Shown one piece after another: positions 33,661 to 46,849 of a DNA stretch of 64,000 bases. A program made the position numbers and the translations under genes. This DNA comes from Vicugna vicugna (taxonomy: Eukaryota). A model generated the notes under the pieces. It had not been told where the DNA came from. It saw only the letters and a list, made by a program, of their open reading frames with translations, and did not search any database. The stretch is from NCBI GenBank assembly GCA_013265495.1, contig MU057640.1, positions 372,001 to 436,000 of the forward strand, written 5' to 3'. The number at the start of each line of letters is the position of its first letter. Positions within the stretch are counted from its first letter, which is position 1.

Positions 33661-36600
33661 GGGCCCCCTCCATTTTTAGGGTTATTAAAATTCAAAGACT
33701 ACATTTCTAGGTAGTACTGGCAACCCTCCTCCTTATAAACTTAAAAAAAACTACTGGTAGTATCATAGAATTCAACTTCTTTACCCCCCCACCCCACGCC
33801 TCCCCTGTAGAAATACCACTGTTTTGCTGGGGGGAGGGTGGCAAATGCCCTGGGAACCCAGAGACTCACTTCTCTCATCCCCAGCCACAAGGATTGCCTT
33901 CCCCTTGTCCTCTCCGCTCCCACCTCTTGAGGGCAGGGACTCCCTGTGGGGGTCAGGGCTTGGGCTGGGGGAGGCTCTAGGAAGTGTAGCAGCAGCAGTA
34001 GTCACCTGGTGAGGCATGGGTTGGAGGCTTCCTAGACAGAGTGGTGGTTTCATCTGGCAACAGGGGGTTGGGTGGAGGGAACACTGGGATGACAGGACAC
34101 CTGAAAGTCAAGAGTCTGGCCTCTCTTTACATGAGAAGGGCTTGCATCACCTTTCATCTCCCTCCCCCTGCACCCAGCTCTAATGACACATCTTGAGGGG
34201 CCCAAATGAAATAATTGATGTAAAATCATTTCAGAAGGTGTAAAGTACAAATGGGAGGTGTTACTGGAACTGTAAAGTTTCCTGTGGCTAGTGGAGGCCG
34301 TCTCAGAGAGTCAGCAATCCCTCATATATTAAACATTACTATGTTAAAACTGGAATAAATGAAAAGAGTCTGGCATTACACATCATGTCTAGTCATTGTT
34401 TCTCAGGAAATGCAAAGCCTCACTCATCCAGCTGTGTGTAAATAGCCCTGGGATCTCAGTGGGGTTTTCCCATTGTCTGGGTTTGAAATAGGTGAGAATA
34501 TGAGCTCAAAAGAAGCCCTCATTTCATTTCCTATTGTCAGCCCTGCACTGAGTCCACCCTCTAAGATCAGAGGAAGCAGGAGCTGGTGGGCAGACGGAGT
34601 GCTCTCTTGGCACTTGGGGTCGGGTCATCAGCCAGTCTCTGGCTCCTTCTTCTATCAAGGAGACTCCAGGGAGAGAGAAGCAAGGGTCAGCAGCAAGAAC
34701 TGATTCCTTATACAGAAGTAGCCTATGGATAGCATCATGGTGAGGGTCAAATCTCAGAATGACTGAGTTATTTGCCAGTCTTGGAAATGCTTCAGATTCA
34801 AGCTTGCTGCAAAACGACAGCATTCTTTTACTTTACAAAAGCAAATTAAGTGAAAAAACGTCATCCCTACTCCCATTATCTTCAGCTAAGGACTCATTCC
34901 ATGTCTTTATTTGCTGCCAGTTGAACTCAGTGAGAACTGTCTCACTCTCTTTGGAGCAGTCATCCTGTCTTGGCTAATACTGATTGCCAGCCTGCCCCTT
35001 GGAACTAAACAGCAGAGTAGCCTCCCTCCCTGCACCTAGGAGCTTCCACTCCAAGGAAAGACCTTCAGTCTGTCTGTTTCTCCTTCCAGACCCCTGTTCT
35101 TTGGCAGGGCAAACAAAGTAAGTGCTTGTAAACCAGGAGGCTGACTGCTCCTCTAGGCTTCTAGGGAAACGTTGGTTGCGGGGGTGGGGTAGGGAGGGAA
35201 GGCAATGTGGTGCTGGAGATGGGGGAGGGCAGAGTGGATGGGGTAGTCGAAGTGGAGAGAATATATTCTCTTCTGCTAATTATTTTCCCCGAGGACTTAG
35301 CCAATGCAGAACCATCTATTATCGTGGGAGCGCTCTATGGTGGTTCTGCCTGTGATGAATGCTAAGTGGAAACAAGCAAGAAAAATTAACAGGCGGCTGC
35401 TTCTGTCCACCTAATTAAAATGCATATCCAAATGCATAATTCCTTATGTTTCCCCATGCACACACTCCCCTTCCAATCCCAATTCTATGGAGGAAAGAAA
35501 AAACACTTTCTCCCAATCATTTCTCTTGATTGTATTTCCATCAAGGAAGAACTGGAGGGTTCCCCTAGAATAGAGAAGGGCCATTCTTATAACACTTCTA
35601 AAATTGCTGGGTTTTTTCTTTTCTTTCTTTCTGTTTTTTTTTTTTCTTAGATTGGCCCTGAAAATTCTGAGCTCTGTTTTTGTTTAAAATGAAGAACAAA
35701 AACTTTATCTCACTGCTGAGTAAAAAGGAGGAGGGAAGTAAAAAAAGAAAAGGAGAAAGAAAAAAGACAGAGAAAGCAAGAAAGGAAAAAGTTCCCACCA
35801 TTTCTGCTGACCTTTTTGTTTTGTGCTTAAAGTCTGGCTTGGATCAGCAATGAGAATTTTGAAGGTCTTTTCTCTCTCCTCTTCCTCTTTGTACCTTTTC
35901 CTGACTTTGCACTACCTCCCCAGCCCCCAAAACAAACAGTCTAGGGTTTTGCAGAGAGATTTTAGAAGATGCATCTACCTGTGCAGATCAGGTAGAGAGA
36001 AAAAAGCCTCTGCATATGGAGCAAGATCAGAGATGCTGACGTCACAGTCTCAAATAGTTTTGAATCAAATAATGATACCTTTTCACCCTTATCTTCCTCA
36101 CTTTTTGTTCAACCAAATGATCATTTTCTTCCCGTCGGAAGAACAACTTTATTCAGTGGTTGTAAAATATTTAATAGAACACGAAACTTAAGTCACTATG
36201 TTAAATTCGATGTCACTGCCATCTCTGCAGCAGTCCCCCTCCCCCGGCCAGCATCCCCCACTCCTGAAGCCCCTTGACTGCCCTCCACAGCAGCCCCAGC
36301 TGTTGATTTATCAGGGCCGGCTGGCTCAGCAGTGCATGGAGATTGCTTTTAATTAACTCTCTTCATTTTTCCCAATCTTCAGGGAGCAGCAGCCCTTTAA
36401 TGATTTTAATATTTTATCTGGATTTATATCCGCCTTATTTGTTGTTGTTTGACTTCCACATTTGTTCTTCCTGAATCGCTTCCAGACTGATAGATTTGTT
36501 AGCCCCTTTCCCCGGGCCCCCCAAGACCTTCCAAGAGAAGGGATGATGGGTTCCAAAGAAGGCCCAAGCTTTCTTTCCAAGCTTTCTGCTGTCCATACAG

Positions 36601-37644
36601 GGAGAGGTGCCTTGTGTTGGCCTGTGCCATGGTTTGGATTAGAACCTTTGTCTTAGAAAGCCCAGTCTCACCTGACTCAGCTGAGGGTGTTTCCGAGTTT
36701 TACATTAAAGAAAAAAAAATCTGAATTTTAGAAAGTGAAGTCTTTTTGCCTTTTTTGTGCTTGCTGCCTCTGTAAGGGAATGAACTGCCCTGGAGAGTTG
36801 GATAAAAACTGCTTCCTGGGTCCAGAGGTGTGTCATCTTGCCCACCTAAACCTGGCATAGGTCAGTGGAACTGCTGCAGGATGAGGTCTTCAGGGCAGGG
36901 CTGGATGTACGTTGTAGTCAAGTCTTGGCATCACTTTCCGTGTCTTTAGATGTGGTTGGGGTTTGCTTAGCAACTGCTTGGAAGAATAATTTAAGTGTGA
37001 TCTGAAAGAGGACCTATTTGAGGCTGCCTTCTCCTGTAACCCTCTGTTCCCTGTTCCCATATTTACTTCATACACACCACCATCCGAACACCTTTCCGGC
37101 TCCCCCTTCCAGCTTTTGGCTGCAAAGTCTACTCCTTCCCTCAATGGCCCAGAGAGGCCTGGCAGGTAGACTTGTGTGGGGGTTAGTTTTCAGAACCAGC
37201 TTGTCCACAGAATGCCCTTTTGGCATCTTGGTTTGGTGATGTGTCTTTAGGGTTACTCGTTGCTAGGCAACTGCCAACTGAAGTTTGAACCTAATCTGGG
37301 GATTGCAGTGAATTGCCCTGGGTGACTTGTATCCACATTTAGGGACTTGGCTTTGCAATCCTGGTTCTGGGAACAAGAAGTTGAGAAGATATTTCTCCAT
37401 GTGCCTTTATGGAAAGAGGTATTAGTTTGTAAAATCTAGCCCACTGACTGGCACAAAAACGTCTGTACACACAATGTTCTGGTGATGAAAATGGCAATTT
37501 CTTCCCATCTCCTTGTATTCATCCCTTTAGCTCTGCTAGTTCTGAAAACCTATGATATGTCAGGTACTGAGCTGTCTGTGGAACACAGAGACAGACAACC
37601 ATGGCGTCTACATCACAGTCTGATGTTCGAGATAATCAACTTAC

Positions 37645-38592
37645 TTGAGTGTTTTTCTTCACTTTTCCTTGGCAATACAGACCCTCCCCCTTTTTTTTGA
37701 GTAAAAATAGATTTATTTAGAGAGAGGTACACGGTATGGGGGAGGGGGTTAGAGTAAATGTAGATACATGAATGCAAGAGAGAATGACTGCAAGTTGTGG
37801 TGTTGCTAGTTTTTGTATGTTAACAAGTGAGATTATTCCGACTACTTTGGGGAAGGGGTGGGGATTCCCAGGAATTGGGTCACCATCGTCTCTGACCTTT
37901 CATGGTTAGCCTTGGAACTGTCATAGCACCTGTGGATGTGTCATTCACTAGCTAGTACATTACAATGTGTATAACGTAGCTCAAGGTCCACTGCAGGTCG
38001 AATCTCCCGCAGTCTCGGGCCTCCAGGTCTATTGGGAGTTGACTTTTCTCATCTTGGTGCTAATTGCTGTGTCATTCCTTTAATGGCTGTGTCCTGTCCC
38101 CTTCCTTCCTGTCTCATTCCCTGCCTCCAGAGATTTTACTCCCATATCTTCTGTGGGTACAAATGGGTGGCTGTCGTCTTCTGTAGCTGCTTCTAGGCTG
38201 AATAGGGGCACTGACCCTGCCTATCAGGGGGTAAAAATCTCTGAATGCCTAATCTAGGGTCCTAGGGGCAGGACAGCTCCCTGTTTCTTGGAAGGTAAAA
38301 AGGTATGGGCTGGAATTCTTGCATAGCATTATCTTGATGTTGTAACCACTTCTATAACATTTCTATGAATCTTCTTAAAAATGAAGCACCTTTGCAACAG
38401 CATCAGAGTACAGCGATAACCGGGCAATCACAGACCCTTTTGAGGACCCTATGAAAGTTCCGGATCATCCCCCTCTCCAAAAAAATGCATGTAGGTGTGA
38501 ACAGCTTCATATGGTTTTATGGGGTTCCCAGACTTTGACGAGCCCATCAGTGGGGACCTGATAGGTCCATGGTCTCCAGGTTGAGAACCTCA
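37645..38592. mobile_element. hAT-Charlie MER-type element split by the ERV retrocopy
   Basis: CACAGACCCTTTTGAG...ATGAAAG...CCCTCTCCAAAAAAATGCA...CCAGGTTGAGAACC continues across the insertion. Confidence 0.55.
37686..38422 (-). mobile_element. L1-retroposed, polyadenylated ERV1-class transcript 3' end (internal fragment, PPT and U3-R; no U5)
   Basis: On the minus strand: internal sequence, purine tract GGAGGCAGGGAA (38128-38117), LTR start TGAGACAGG (38116), AATAAA (37717-37712), then poly(A) from 37698. TSD GGCAAT(C)ACAGACCCT at 37671-37685 and 38423-38438. Confidence 0.75.
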
Positions 38593-39517
38593 GAATGAGA
38601 GATGTAGGTGAACTTGTTATCCTGAAAGGATGGTTCTGTATCCCTGCTCAGAGAGGTGGCATGCTTCCCACTCCCCCTATAGTCTCACCAAACTGCTCAA
38701 GCCTCCTCCAGCCCCATCCTACCCCAGATGCACTTGAACATCTACCTGCTCATCTTCCAGGCACTTTAAAGCCCCCTCTTTCCCAGTGAAGCCCTTGCTG
38801 ACACTCAGGTAGAATTGGCTACCCCTGCCTTTGGTCCCTTAGTCCCAAACATACTCTTCTCTCCTGGCCACTGAAATACTTCAGTCTGGTTAGTTAAAGT
38901 GTAAGGCCCTGGAAGGCTGGGATGGTGGCTGCCTTGCCTTCTCATCCCTAGAATCTAAGATAGCAGGCACTTGATAAATGTGTGTAACTGAGCAAATGTG
39001 AGTAACTGAGCAAATGAAGCCAGCAGGTAGACACACTGCTCTTCTCGCCTAATTTGCTTCTAACTCTTTAGAACTGGCTTGTTTCTCATTCTCTCCCTTG
39101 CAGGAGTTTGGAAAAGGCAGCAGAATTCCTTTCCCCAAATTCTTCAATTTCAGGAGTCAGAAAACAGGCACAAGATTGCCTTGCTTGCATGTAACATGTG
39201 AGGCTGTGATGAATGTTAGAATAATTTGTTCCAGCCCCTGGTTTCTTTACCACTTCATTCTTGTGGATCTAAAAAACTTGGCTTTCCCTCTCTTTGGTCT
39301 TTTTGCTCTGACCTCTTTCAGGGACTAAGTAACCCAGGGCTTGTGTAATTAACCACACTTTTATTGAATGTCTACTATGTGCTCACCTGTGTATGGGATT
39401 TCCTTTAGACTTATTTATACCCGAGGATTTGTGTGGGTTTTTAAGATAGAAGAGACCAGAAGGTGCAAATATTATAATGATTTAACTCAAAGTTGGGATT
39501 TGGTGAAAGTTGACTAC

Positions 39518-39596
39518 CTGCCTTTTCCATTGATCTTTGACTATAACTGACAGTGACTAGACCACAGTTATAGTCAAAGATCAATGGAAAAGGCAG
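39518..39596. repeat. Perfect 32-bp inverted repeat with a 15-nt spacer
   Basis: CTGCCTTTTCCATTGATCTTTGACTATAACTG (39518-39549) and its exact reverse complement CAGTTATAGTCAAAGATCAATGGAAAAGGCAG (39565-39596). Confidence 0.97.
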
Positions 39597-41983
39597 AATA
39601 TATTCTTTGAGAAATTTTTGTATACTTTCATAATGCCTACTTAGATAGAACTTTACCTATGTCTGTGTCCCAGTCATATTTAATTCAGGTAAATTTATTT
39701 CACAATGAAATAAAAAATGATATCCTGGGCCTTTATTCTTCATATTGAGAGAAAGAAAAATAACTATCATCGTAACTTGTGTATTTCCTCTTGCCTCTTT
39801 TTGACCCTCCAGATTGTTCAGTGTTGGGGCCATGTGGAGGAAGGCGCCACCCTGGAGAGGCCTGGTTCTGTGTCAGGAGGAAGGGGAGAAAGCCAGAGGT
39901 GGAGACAGGCCATTCAAGTCAAGTTTTAATTCAAATTCTCGTCCAATAGACATCCTTTAACATGGAAAGCCAGGAAAACTAAAAATGCTGATGGTGCATG
40001 AAGTATAGGCTGGAGGAGCAGAATTGTACAAAAGTGTTTGTGGACTCAGAGAGGTCATCCTGCACCAGCACTGACTCTGGAAGTTAACCCTCCTTCAGTC
40101 CCGGGTGTAGCCCTTCAGGATGGAGGGCGCACATGGGGCCGTCCGGTTTCTGGTGCTCATTTCCTTTCTGGGCAGCCATCCCAGTATAACAGATACTTAT
40201 ACATATTCTGTCCTCATTTTATCTAATTACACACATCTCTGGGGGATGGGAAACAGGTTTGGATCGTTCGATTTTAGGTCAGTTATGCACAGGGTAGCTG
40301 AGATGAACACTGATCTATGGAGTTCTATGGAATTTGGAAAGTTCCCATAGTTCCCTGGTCCAAAGCACACCAGGGGGCATTGTTTGCCACCTCAGAGGCT
40401 GAAGGTTCCAGTTAGCGTTGGGGAGGGATGGAACCTGACGGGTTCCCAAGTCTGAATGTAGGAACCTTTCTGAGACTGAGGTAGCTCTTGCTATCCTTGG
40501 AGCAATAGGATTCTTGTTTTGTAATTTGGTGATCTGCCATAGATCCCTTTTCTGGTGACGATTTGTTTTCATTCATTATCTGCCCAGAATGTGGTCAGTT
40601 TCCTGAGAAATAACGAACAAAGAAAGTTCTGATCAATGCAACAATCTCTATTATTGCCCAGTGTTGCCTGGAGTTCCTGTCTTCTAGGCAATCCATGTAA
40701 ACTGGTCTGAACAATGTAGAAGCTCTGAAATGTCCCCACCTTTCTCCAAGACCCAGAGCTGTCGGCCTTGGGCAGTCCAACTTCCTGGCCATCTCTCCTC
40801 CGGGCTGTTGTAGCTCTACAAATCCCCAGGAAGCAAAAGCCCACTGGTTACTCCTTTATTTTCTTTGGCTTTCCACTTCTTATTTCATTTCTTGACTCTG
40901 ACCTAAGCCTTCCCAACGCTCTGTGAGCCCCCGATAGAGGAATAATCCACTTAATGCTTCATATCAAGGTTTGCACCTCCAGCCTCGGTTTGCTTCTTAC
41001 CTCTTGTTGCTTTCATCTGGGCTGTGTTGACATCTCTCTCTTTTCTCCATGCATCGCACCTTGATCAAAAAGCACTGAAGAGGCACAAAAGGAAGGAAAG
41101 AGTATTCCGTCTAGTCCCTGGGAGCAGGGGGCACACTCCACCTCGTGAATGTTGGAGCAGGGAGAGGGAAGGAGGAAAAGGCAAAGCTTGCACACAGCAA
41201 ACGGATGAGAAGAAGCCGTAGAGAAGAAACAGGACATGTGAGGTTATGTGATGGGAATAACTGCACTCAGTGAACGGTCCAGCCCCCGAGGGGTCTGTGA
41301 AATTGGAAGAGAGAAAGCATCCCATGGTCCTATCAGAGGAGGTTTCTAGGGGGAGGTGGCTTTGAGATGAATTTGGAAGGAAAGCAGGAGCTGGTCAGGC
41401 TCATCCCAGTGGGGGATGAGGAAGGGGAAGAGCAGGCGTGGAAGGGAAGTGAGCAAAAATTTGAGGAGCCTTCGAGTAATTCCTTAGGGAATCCCCTCCC
41501 TTTAGGGGGTTGGGGGAGGGCCGTGAAGGGCCAGGTGGGAGGACACATGTGGAGGACAGCAAACGGATCTTTTTGGCTGGATAGGAGTGGGGGGTCCATG
41601 AACAGAAGGTAAAAATGGAAGATAACCTGGGGCAAGATTGGTCTGGGTGGAGCCCCAGTTTGGCAGCCAATTCCTGGGAAGCACTTGAACACTTTGGAGG
41701 CCAAAAGAGAGACTCCAAGGGGAGGTAGGTTATCACCCTGTGTCCCTCAGCAGGAAGGACTGTCCACCTCCAGAGAAGCCTTCTCACTAATTCCTGGTCC
41801 TCGGTTTCCTTGGTTATGTGTTCTCAAGTGTTTTCCAGGATACCTCCAGAGAGGGGAGGGGGAAGAGGAACCCAACAATCCGGTCAGGTGCAGGGCAGCC
41901 CTGGCCAGCCTCATGGGCTGACTTGCTAAGTAGGGATTGTAGGATAAATCCCTTCCAAGTGGTGAATCTTAAAGTCTTTCCCA

Positions 41984-42145
41984 GGGGCGGGAAGGTATAG
42001 CTCAAATGGTAGAGTACATGCTTAGCATGCACAAGGTCTTGGATTCAATCCCCAGTACCTCCTCCAAAAATAAATAAACCTGATTACCTTCCCCCTACCA
42101 AATTTAAATAATACAATAGTAAATAGATGAAATATTAAAATAACA
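41984..42145 (+). mobile_element. Vic-1-type SINE
   Basis: GGTATAGCTCAAATGGTAGAGTACATGCTTAGCATGCACAAGGTCTTGGATTCAATCCCCAGTACC; TSD AAAGTCTTTC at 41971-41980 and 42146-42155. Confidence 0.88.
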
Positions 42146-42669
42146 AAAGTCTTTCTCCCTTTCTATGCTTTAGTCACCACCCTCTTTCTATAACAACAAC
42201 AACCACCCATAAATGGTTAGAAATAAAATACACAAATCCAGTCCAGGGAGGCAAACATAAACGCAGACCCTTAGCGCTCAGTCAAAGCCTGGCTTCATAG
42301 TTTAAATGGGAGTGGAGTGGGTGCAGTAAGGTGGGAGCGTGGGGTCAGGGGTAAGTGAGGCTGCAGGTCTGTTAGACAGTGTTTCTTCCTGGGAGGATGG
42401 AGCTGATTTGTTCTGAAGGTAATGCTTCTCCACTCCCACCCCAGGCCTGCAGGCACTCTGTTTACCTATTCAAGCTGCCCACCTAATGTTGCTCCCTCCC
42501 TCCCACCAGAAGGCCTGGGCCCACCCCCAGGAGCTAACTTTCATGGGGAGGCTGGTGTCACCCCAGTCTTCAGGTTCCTTGGAGCCATGCACTCTGAGAT
42601 CTCAGATGCCCTGTCCCAGGGGGTGGGAGTGTGGCAAGCAGTGGCCCTGTGGCTTTTAGCTTGGATGCA

Positions 42670-42860
42670 GAATCTGGAGCTGGAGAATCTGGGTTCACAT
42701 CAACCGCCATGACCATGAGCGGGATTGGATTCCTAACACCTCTGTGCCTCAGTGTCCTCATCTGTGTTAATTTCTGCCTTTAGAGGGTTGTTGGAAGAAT
42801 TAAATAAGTTAATATATGTAAAGTGCTTAAAAGAGTTGGCACATCTCACCCTCTTAATAG
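42670..42860 (+). mobile_element. MIR SINE
   Basis: CCTCTGTGCCTCAGTGTCCTCATCTG...ATATGTAAAGTGCTTA. Confidence 0.75.
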
Positions 42861-44219
42861 ATGTGGGCAGTGACCCTGTTTTTCTATCAGTAAAATGCAC
42901 AGACACACTAGCTGATTTTTTTCTCCCCACATTGGTGTCTTAAGGAAAATGAGATAATAAGTAGGAGAAGCTCTGATTTCCTTAGAAGAAAGAAGTTCTA
43001 GAACTTTATGGCATTATTATTAGTAACTCTTTGGACAAATGTGCCAGAATAGACTTTGGGAGAAATTTATCTATGGGATGCTTTGTCCAGGGGTTCAGAT
43101 TATTGCATGCTGCTGAATCAGTGCTGATGTTGGGTCCTTCTGAGAAAGAACGGGAAGAAACAATACACAGAGCTGAACTGGGGCGCGGTTGAAGTCCTGG
43201 CTCCTGCTGCCATTCACTGCTGCCATTCACTGCTGCCGCCTCCAAGGGGGAGGCCGGGGCTTCATGCCTGAATGAGCTCTGTCCTTTCTACAGCTGGCAA
43301 AGGGCTACAGATCAAAGTGGGTGAGGGTGAGAGTCGGTCTGGGTGCTTGTCTCCCACGGGGTCTGCCACCCCGTTGCTGGCGTGGAAGGTAACGGGCCGA
43401 CACCTTGCTCATCTCAGCCCTCCTGTCCTGGTGGGTGTGTGTTTCTGTGTTCCAGCACAAGCTTTTTGTAGGCAGCGATCTGTGCTTGACAAGCTGGCAT
43501 TCCAAACTCCAGATCTTCCAAACACCAGACCCCTATGTTATTTTTAACTGTCCAAAGTTTTTTCCACGTGGTGTAATTGATGGGACTCGATAGCCTTGTC
43601 AGAGAATCTAAACTTCAGCTTGTTTCGCCTCCCTTGAATGGGCATATGTCTGATGACCAAGCAGAAAACCGCCCTGTTTTCGGAATTGACTGGTCTAAAT
43701 CTTCCCACCCGCCCCACCCCCAACTCATCTCCGGGGAACAGAAGTGAACACAAAGATAACCTGAGCTCGCCTCTTTCTGTGGCTCCAGATAGGGGGGAGG
43801 CAGATACTTTCTGTCTGCGACCTTCTCCTCCCCTCTCTCTCTGAGTCCCGATAGTGAGGGACAAAGCTACTTTTTCAGAGAGATAACAGGAAGGGCATTG
43901 AGGAGATGGGCACTCAATCTCTCTGGCTCTCTTTTTTGGCCCCCACATTCCCTGAGGGGTAAGTCGCATTCTCATCGTCCTCTGGGGACGGTCCTGGACA
44001 GATACTCTTGTTTAAGAGAGGCTGAGATCTTGTGGTGTCCAGTGACTACCATCCTTGTGACACCAGAGGGGATTCTCAGTTCTCCACGTCCAGGAGAAAG
44101 TACACTATCTCACTCTGGCCTCTCATATGCATCGTGAATTTCTCCAGCTTTGTCTGTCATTTCTCTTTTACATTCACACGTCTCTTTCAGACGATGGTGC
44201 ACTTGGCATTATCTTATTA

Positions 44220-44730
44220 GTTGCATTAGTTGAGCAGCTACTGTGGCCCTGGGTGTACAGTGAAGAGCAGAACCAATATGGACTCTATCTTTGTGGAGCT
44301 TGTGGTCCAGTTGGGGAGACAGACATTAATCAGATAAATATATAAATAAAAGTTGGATCTGTGTTATGTTGTAAAGTCCAGGAAGACAGAAGAGAGTAAA
44401 GCAGGGGAACTGTTCTAGGCTAGTGTGTTGAGGGAAAGTTTCCTTGAAGAGGCAATATTTCAACCCAGGCAGAGGAAACAGCACATGCAAAGGTCCTGTG
44501 GCATGTTGGAGGACCCAAAGAAGGCCCTTGTGGCTGGAGTGCCAGAGAGAAAGGGAAAGTGTGGCTCATGATAGGGTAAGAGAGGTCAGGAGGGGCCAGA
44601 ACATGCAGGGCCTTGATGGATATTTTAAGGATATGTACTTTCTCCTAAGAGAAGTGAGCAGCTGTGGAAGGGTTTAAGTTGGGAAGTGACTTAATCCAAT
44701 TCACATTCTAAAAGTCTCCCTCTGACTACG
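44220..44730 (-). mobile_element. L2 LINE fragment
   Basis: CAGGCAGAGGAAACAGCACATGCAAAGGTCCTGTGG...GGCCAGAACATGCAGGGCCTTG. Confidence 0.75.
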
Positions 44731-45004
44731 GGGAGATTTAGTGACAGGGCCTGGGAAGGATGGGATGAATGAATTCTGAGGAGGCTTTTCTGGGTAAAAT
44801 TTGGAAAATAAAAATGAGAGATGAGCATGTCCATGAAGCACAGGGCATTAGCTGGATAGGGTTGTGACCACAAAGCTTTCCCTTGAACTGCCCCTCTTCT
44901 TCTGCTCATTACTAGTCCCATTTAGTCGTTTAAAGACCTGTTTTCCTCCCAGGCAGAGTCTGAAGCAGTTCACCTCCCTCTGCTATCCCTGCTGCTCCCT
45001 CCAA

Positions 45005-45175
45005 CTGTCCTTTGAACGTCTGAAGGTGTGGCCTGAGGGCTAAATACCTGAGAGGCATCAGTGTGACTGGTGAAAGGTGGATTCCTGGGCCGCCTCCTGG
45101 ACGCACTGAATCAGAATCTCAAGGATGGGGCCATGTGGTCTGATTCTTGTTTCTTCTAAAGCTGGAGCACCACTC
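45005..45175. mobile_element. MER5-type hAT fragment
   Basis: GATTCCTGGGCC...ACTGAATCAGAATCTC...GGGGCC core. Confidence 0.6.
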
Positions 45176-46849
45176 TTCTCCCAGCCCTGCACAAGTATTT
45201 ACAGGTGTCATGATGCTTTAAATGTGGGGAGTTAAATGGGTACCAAGTGTTTTTGAGGCACAGAAGGTCAGGCCTCACAATAACGCACTGGAAGAGACAA
45301 GGCTCTGGTAGCTTCAGCATCCTCTTTGACACAGTTACAAATTGATGGAATTGGTGGGAGGAGGGGGCTCAAACCGGCTGTCTGACTCCAAGCACTTTGC
45401 CCTTTTTTCTTCACACCTCTGTTCTCCAGTGGGCACGTTTATAAAGCACTTGCCTTATAACTTCCAGATGTAGTTCCTTTTCAAAAAAGATCCACTACCT
45501 TTTTGGGGGCTCATGAGATCCATCTGGAAAGTGGGTATCCAGTTAGTTCATGAAAGGGTGGAACCAGGTGGGTTTATTGTAATTATTATTAATAACTTTT
45601 TAGTATGGAAGATTTTAAACCTGTGCAAAGATGGAATAGTATAAAGAGCCTCCATGTCTCCATCACCCAACCCAGATTTAACAGTCTTGAGGGAGGCGGG
45701 CATCTTCTCAATTGTTCAGACTTTGTGATGCTCTCATTTTTACGTCCATTGGATGAAATAGCTGACAGGAGAGTGGACAGCAGGAACAGAGAAGCTTTCA
45801 AAGCACCCCCACCAGCTAATGACTGGAGAGGGAGAAAGCTCTTCGGACTCAATTTGTCCACCGACAGTATCGCTCATGGGTAGAGCTGGTGCTTGGAACT
45901 ACAGATCTAGGGAATATCTTAGAGGCCGTTGGAGGGCTCCCTCACTGTCAGACGTGACAGCAGAGGCCTGGTAAAGCCTGGGTTATACTCCTCAGGCTCC
46001 ACACAGCTAACAAGAGGCAGAGCCAGGTGAATTCAGGTCCTCCGGCCCTGCCTTCCTTACACAGTATAGAGGACCTCTTGGCATTTTTGCGTTAGTGTTT
46101 TCTAGCATGGAGCTGTGGGACAGAAACCCCACCAGAGCCCTGGTGATTGAAGTACCAGAATTTGGTCTGCGCAGCCTTTGCTTTCTCTTTGTGGAAAAAA
46201 CCCTTAGTGTCGCCCGGAGGTCCCCTCATCTGGCCAGAAGAGACGTCCCTAGAGGAAGAGTACTGGTGAGAGCAAGGGGGACCACACGGTCTGTCTGCCC
46301 TAAGACTCTCCGCAGCCCTGAAGCTAAATATGGCAAATTAGTGAGTGCCATGGACTTTTGAGGAAGGAAGAAATCAGTTTCACTGGCCAGCTTCCTGGAG
46401 GAGGCAGGGCTGAAGGGAGTCTTGATGGATGGGCAGAAGTTAGGGAGCTGAGGAGAGAGAGGCTTTCCCTTTAAGATGGGAGCCAATCTCTCAGCACTGC
46501 ACATCGACCAGGAATTATTTAGCACCTCCTGAAGTGGAAGTCTCTGTACTTCACAGCGAGGGGGATACTGAGAAGCAGAGGATACAATTTCTGTTCTCCA
46601 GGAACTTTTCTGTCTATTTGAGGGACAAGACACATGTTGAATATTCATGTAAGTGGAAGTCTATAATAAAAACTGTAAGAGGCAAATTGGCTTTTAAGGT
46701 AGATCCAAAGAAGAGTGAAATGGTGAATCACAAACAAGTGAAGCACAAAGCATCACATAGTAACAGTACGGATGGCCACGTCCCCAGTGTCTTCCATGTG
46801 TGTGGCTGTGGGCTGGATGCAGTGATAACTGCATCATTACATAGCAGCT

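Noticed and set aside
33294..33695. 133-aa ORF (also 12008-12211 and 17685-17897)
   Set aside because: These are decayed L1 ORF2 C-terminal remnants, not host genes.
39813..39900. Possible additional DPF3 alternative exon after TTTTTGACCCTCCAG
   Set aside because: No strong donor and no isoform sequence I can reliably match.
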